From NCBI GenBank assembly GCA_963668175.1, contig OY764159.1, positions 3,328,001-3,392,000 of the forward strand: a stretch of 64,000 nt of DNA. Reading direction: 5' to 3'. The notes under the pieces are model-generated. The model was not told the origin of the DNA. It worked only from the letters and a program-made list of their open reading frames with translations, and did no database searches. The translations under genes and the position numbers were made by a program. Of the stretch, positions 59,541 to 64,000 are shown piece after piece. How positions within the stretch are numbered: position 1 is the stretch's first letter; every line of letters begins with the position of its first letter. The stretch is from Syntrophales bacterium. GTDB taxonomy: Bacteria; Desulfobacterota; Syntrophia; Syntrophales; PHBD01.

Positions 59541-60692
59541 TTAATTATTATCAGCAATTACATTATTATTTTCTACCGCAACGCTACCGCAATTTTCCAT
59601 GCCCTGCTGGTGTGGCATCTGATAACCGGGTCGCCGCATACTCAACACCTGCCCTATCCTTTTTGACGTCCTCTTTGCGTATCGTTTGGTCATCTCTGAT
59701 GTTTTATGCCTTAAAACGGCTTGCACAAAGGACTCATCTTTTCCTTCATCGAGCAGTTGGCACCCCAACGAGTGTCGGACGGCATTGTATAGTTTAATTC
59801 TTATTCCTGCTTTTCCACAGGCCTCATGCCATACCTTATTAAGATTCTTGTTTGTATAGGGCTTTCCATCTTCTCGGACGAATAGAAACGGTCCTGTGTG
59901 TTTTGGCAGGTTATCAAGAATCTCCTTTGCATACGGTGTTAGTTCCAGCTCTCCCACTTCGCCCGTTTTTGTCTTTTCATTTAGATCATTGTCCGAAAAG
60001 GCACGTTTAATATAAACTTTCCCATTTTTCACAGCGTCTTTTTTGATTGCTCGGACTTCTCCAATCCTAGGTCCATATTCCATTGCAAATCGGAAGATAT
60101 AAACATCCCTTGTCGGGACATGGGATAGCACGAGCTCTTGCTGTTCCATGGTCAGGTATTCAATCTCCGATGGTTTCGGCATACTCATCTTCGGAAAAGG
60201 GGGAACTCGTTTGATCTCTTCATTTGAGAAAGCCCACCTTACCATTGTTTTTAAGGCACCGAGTTTATTGTACGCGCCTTTTTCTTCTAACTTATTTTTA
60301 AGAAATTGTTGATATAAAACCAGCTCGGCTTTCCGAAATTTTCTAATATCCTTATCGGCTCCGAAATAGGGGATTGCATAATTGACGATACAAGTTTTGT
60401 AATCACGTTTGCATTTCTTGCCAGCGTCGCATTGTACAAGCCAAGTCTTGTAATATTCGCCTAGACTTAGTGGATTGCTGGGACGGAATGTACGTGGGTC
60501 AAATGCTTCCGGATCTCTATCGATATCTTCCTGAATGGCGGCCAGGAGCTTCTTGCCGTTTTCGTAATGTTTGATCGGGTGCCATTGGCCCTGAATGAGT
60601 ACCGACCAAAACTTTTCGATGGTACCCTTCCAATACAACTGGACAAAAAAGCGATTACCGTGCTTTTGGACGGTCCCGCGAGTAAAACCCAT
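59541..60692 (-). CDS. Tyrosine recombinase/integrase
   Basis: GPRIGE, KTKT, LYNAVRHS and LRHK...TKRYA catalytic motifs. The start MGFTRG was chosen from a GGAGG RBS and promoter; the ORF extends to 60788. Confidence 0.93.
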   Translation of the reverse strand: MGFTRGTVQKHGNRFFVQLYWKGTIEKFWSVLIQGQWHPIKHYENGKKLLAAIQEDIDRDPEAFDPRTFRPSNPLSLGEYYKTWLVQCDAGKKCKRDYKTCIVNYAIPYFGADKDIRKFRKAELVLYQQFLKNKLEEKGAYNKLGALKTMVRWAFSNEEIKRVPPFPKMSMPKPSEIEYLTMEQQELVLSHVPTRDVYIFRFAMEYGPRIGEVRAIKKDAVKNGKVYIKRAFSDNDLNEKTKTGEVGELELTPYAKEILDNLPKHTGPFLFVREDGKPYTNKNLNKVWHEACGKAGIRIKLYNAVRHSLGCQLLDEGKDESFVQAVLRHKTSEMTKRYAKRTSKRIGQVLSMRRPGYQMPHQQGMENCGSVAVENNNVIADNN

Positions 60693-60711
60693 GACATGCC
60701 CTCCAGCTGGG

Positions 60712-60740
60712 TTTATACGGATATTATCCGAAACTGTCAA
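60712..60740 (-). promoter_or_regulatory. Integrase promoter with palindromic spacer
   Basis: TTGACA-17-TATAAA; CGGATA-N-TATCCG at 60718-60730. Confidence 0.7.
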
Positions 60741-60840
60741 GGCCTTGGGCTGCTCTCTGACTTCCCCTGTCGATTGAATCGGCTCCATTAATTTATCCCT
60801 CTACCCATATATCCACGGGGTGTCGCCCTCTGGAGGCAAA

Positions 60841-61040
60841 AAAAGTGAACTTTTTTTCATATAATTTTTTTTTAAGTGTGATTTTGGACAGAAAGACGAG
60901 TTAAAAATTTTTTAAGTGGCTTTTTGCAGGATAATTATTTTTTAAGTGCGCTTTTGGGCCAAAAGTCGATTTAAATATTTTTTATCTGACGTTTTTGCGT
61001 TTTTTGAAAAATTAAGTGGCGTTTTTGCGAATAATGAAAA
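60841..61040. repeat. AT-rich phased 30/40-bp repeats (TTTAAGTG...TTTTG)
   Basis: Units start at 60871, 60911, 60941, 60981 and 61011, with a degenerate unit at 60841. Confidence 0.75.
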
Positions 61041-61177
61041 TGGGCTCTTAAGGGCCGTTTTGTGACACGCATAATATAGTTTATTATACTTACTAGCTGT
61101 GTGACACCTCAGAACCCCCTTTCATCCCCTTCGATGATGCCCATCATCCCTGGGGATGACACCCGTCTTCGTCTCCC

Positions 61178-62510
61178 CTCAAGTTCGACCCATAGCCTCC
61201 GTTCCTACCGCCCCTCCGGGTCAGTTTTGCCGGTACGGTCGGCTGCCCTCTGCCTTGGCAGTCCGGTCAGCAGTCCGACCCCTGGTCTTTACCTCAGATC
61301 CGACACAAGCCCTACTCAGCTCCGACCCCACCACTCCCCTGCCCACCCCCAGGGTTTAAGGCTCGCCGCCTCTGGTTCGACCCGGGGTTTGGGGCGCTGA
61401 CAGGCAAGCGGGAGCGGCCTTTTGAAGCGCCTTAGGATGCTCCCCGCCCGGCGGGATAGCCGGGCTCGTCTTGGACAGCCTGCCGGATGGCTCCATAACC
61501 ACCGGAGGTCACAAACCGGAGGTGCCTGATTTCAGGTCCGATCTCAGGTCCGACTACAGGGCGAACAGGTCCTGAAGCCACCAAGGGTGGTCGAATGGAT
61601 CTTGAGCGCCGGATGGGCGACGACCGGAAAAGGCCTGCGAAGCCTAAGGGCAGCCCACAAGGCAACCTGAGGTGAAGCTGGCCCCGAGGGAGGAGCTAGC
61701 GAGACCGGAAGGCGCTTGAGGGGGCCCTGGCGGCTCAGCCGCAGGCTTAGCCAAAGGGACCCGGAAAGCGCCTGGATGTCGGAAGCGGACGGGGATAATG
61801 CTTCTCAGACCGACAGCATGGCGGATGCTCCATAACCGCCGCAGGCGCCTGTAAAACACAGAAACTCCAGTCCGACACCTGTGCCCCTGGCCAGGTCGTG
61901 ACCAGCACCTCGGCGAAGTTAGCCTCGGGAATCGTCATCAGAACCTCGCCGAAGTGAACCGGACGGCTTGGGTGACTGCCTGGTCTCAGACCGACCCGGC
62001 CTGCATGTCTGCCTGCACACTGGCAGCATGTCTGGCCAACTAGCTCAGCTCCGACAGCCACTCTCGCCGGACTGGGAGAGGTGTAACCTCGGATAGCCGG
62101 GCGAGGAACGGGAGAAGTACCGGACCTGAGAGGTAGGGGTGCCAGCGCAGCGAACCCAGGGGCGAAGGTCCAGGACTTCGGGCTGGGGGGGTTGGCCTGC
62201 AGAATCGAGGTGCAGCCGAGGTGAGGCAGGCCGTGTCGAAGGCCCCCTGGATTGAGATTCGACACTGTCTCAGGCAATCTCAGGGTGACACACACTCAGG
62301 TCGATTTCAGGTCCGACTCCAGGTTTCAGGCGGCGCTGGCGGGGACAGAAACCTGATGCCTGATCTCAGGTCCGATCTCAGGTCCGACCCACCAGCCCGG
62401 CGAAGTGCTCCGCCTCGATCGCGGATCAAGATCTACGATCGGGATCGGCGATTGACAGGAGCTCGGAGACCGGTCAGGCCTGCCGGAGGGATAACACCCT
62501 CAGGTCCGAC
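61178..62510 (+). repeat. Dispersed and tandem 12-bp motif (C/T)TCAGGTCCGA(C/T)
   Basis: Six exact copies, about ten variants and one inverted copy. Confidence 0.8.
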
Positions 62511-63614
62511 ACGAGCCGAGGGGTGGCCACCGACAAGTATTGCGAGTCCTGGCCGGGAAGGTAACATAACGATGTGTTATGTTTAGCTGAGAGAGGGCAT
62601 CTTGCCGTTACCGGATCTGCCAGCGGCAGCAAGACATGTTGGATAAGGCGCCTTATCTGACATGCCGAATGAAGCGACTTCCCGCATGGCGAGCAAATTG
62701 CCCAGGGGCACGCACATTTTCAGAGTCCAGGGTGCCCCCCGCCCCACTGCCCCAACAAACGACACCCCGAGGCGATCGCTGTACCCACCACCCACCAGCA
62801 TGGCGAAGGGATTCCGGCCCCTTACGTGGCAACAGGAAGCATGGGGGCTCGCTCTGCACGCCCCCCTCGCACCGGCTTGCCACGTTAGTCCGCCCGGCGC
62901 ACTTGCAGTCCCGATACACGAGGGCGGCAGGGTCTGCCAGCGTGGCGGAAGGCCGCCGGCCGCGGCCGGCGCCGGGAGTGCCCGGCGGCGTTGCCGTGAC
63001 CAGGCCGGACCAGGACCGATGCGGGAAACGCAGAGAAAAGCCGGGATGCAGTGGGTGTGATGTGTGTATGTGTATTAATAAGTATATAAATATATTAACT
63101 AATTCAACTAAGATATAAAGAGAGAAAAGATATATATAGACCCTGAAGACGGCCCTGAAAAGGGCGGGGTGGTCGAACGCACGGATTGGGAAAACGAGGA
63201 CAAGCGTGTGACACCGTGAGCACGACCTCATGCTGACGGAAATCGCCCACTTGTGGGGGCATGGCCGAACGCACGGAAGGGGAATTGAGACGCGGTCGTC
63301 ATCCGTACCGGGAGGAATTCAGATGTGACCCGGGGGGGATCTTTTGAGAAAATTCACCTCTCTCGAAACTCCTAGGCGGAAGATTTATGGATGAAACATG
63401 CAATCTTGGGAGGGATATTTTCCCGGTGAGAGAGGTAATCCAATTCTTCCTGTAATCAAGATCGTCCCTTTAGACATTGACGTTTAACAGTAAGGTTGGT
63501 TATCCATAATCTTCGATAAAGGTTTTGTTTAGATTTAATCATCTTGATCTCAGAATCAAAGTATGTTAACCGAAGTTGTAAATATGATCCTTACAAGCTC
63601 TTTCATAGTGAATA

Positions 63615-63755
63615 ATTTTGGTGACCCCGAGGAGGAGTAGAATAGGGAATCCCGTGTGAATCGGGAGCGGACCCGCCATTGCAAGCAGCGACGAAACCCT
63701 GCTAAGAGCTGGATGTCGGGGAACGGTTTCAAACCCCGAGTTTGAATAGTCTGCG
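63615..63755 (+). promoter_or_regulatory. Cobalamin riboswitch (3' half degenerate)
   Basis: GGTG...AATAGGGAATCCCGTGTGAATCGGGAGCGGACCCGCCATTG matches the 5' core of the B12 element. Confidence 0.7.
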
Positions 63756-63786
63756 ATGAGCATACAAAATCCCCGAGGAGACGATT

Positions 63787-64000
63787 ATGGCGAAATTATT
63801 CGTTTTTCACAGTGGGAATCCCTCTTGAATGTCCTGTAGAAAGGCTATCGGGGTAGCCGAGGCAATGAAGAAGAAGTTTTCTGAGAAACTGGAACTGCTG
63901 ATTTACACAATGGATTCAAAAGAAGCGGAACCTTATCATTTCAGAAGCGCGACCAATGTTCTGCTGGATAAAGAACTCATACCGATTGACATAGCAACGA
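63787..64000 (+). CDS. Thioredoxin-fold selenoprotein with UxxC motif (partial)
   Basis: GAGGAG RBS; MAKLFVFHSGNPS-U-MS-C-RKAIGVAEAMKKKF...; TGA at 63826-63828 followed by a SECIS-like hairpin; frame open to the window end. Confidence 0.8.

Larger units (their letters stand above)
59535..64000. mobile_element. Genomic island integrated at the tmRNA 3' end (right end outside the window)
   Basis: The integrase ends 6 nt from the tmRNA CCA. GC content drops abruptly, and cis-acting repeats and cargo follow. Confidence 0.75.

Noticed and set aside
59550..59562. IHF site next to att
   Set aside because: TATCAGCAATTA is one base short of the WATCARNNNNTTR consensus.
61178..62510. CRISPR array
   Set aside because: The repeat is only 12 bp, spacing is irregular with some copies abutting, and no cas genes are present.
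61101..63231. ORFs called in the island's GC-rich segment
   Set aside because: They are Pro/Arg/Ser/Gly-rich, overlap on both strands, lack RBSs and motifs, and look like translations of repeats.

Overview
This is a GC-rich window from an anaerobic bacterium; the gene content suggests a Syntrophales-like deltaproteobacterium (inference). Positions 1-42 kb hold a mosaic of small metabolic, redox, regulatory and efflux genes: a B12 radical SAM enzyme, ilvE, a xanthine-dehydrogenase-family molybdoenzyme, a YdhYVW-type aldehyde:ferredoxin oxidoreductase operon and a MacAB-TolC-like exporter. This stretch also contains a lower-GC islet (about 7.3-12.8 kb) with two tandem metallophosphoesterases and three uncharacterised genes. 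Positions 42-59.5 kb are mostly core genes (rpmB, recJ, ttcA, smpB, tmRNA), plus a DarB-like KAS III/radical SAM pair and an ABC transporter/acyl-CoA ligase operon. The most notable signals are missed by the ORF track. (1) A Phe-rich leader peptide with a tandem-terminator attenuator lies ahead of the ABC/CoA-ligase operon. (2) A densely structured RNA candidate of about 640 nt lies between smpB and ssrA. (3) An element integrated at the tmRNA 3' end has an integrase followed by about 2.8 kb of gene-free DNA carrying phased repeats, a multi-copy CTCAGGTCCGAC motif and recombinase-like palindromes. (4) A cobalamin-riboswitch-led UxxC selenoprotein begins at the right edge. All pairings and motifs were found by eye, and no database searches were run.
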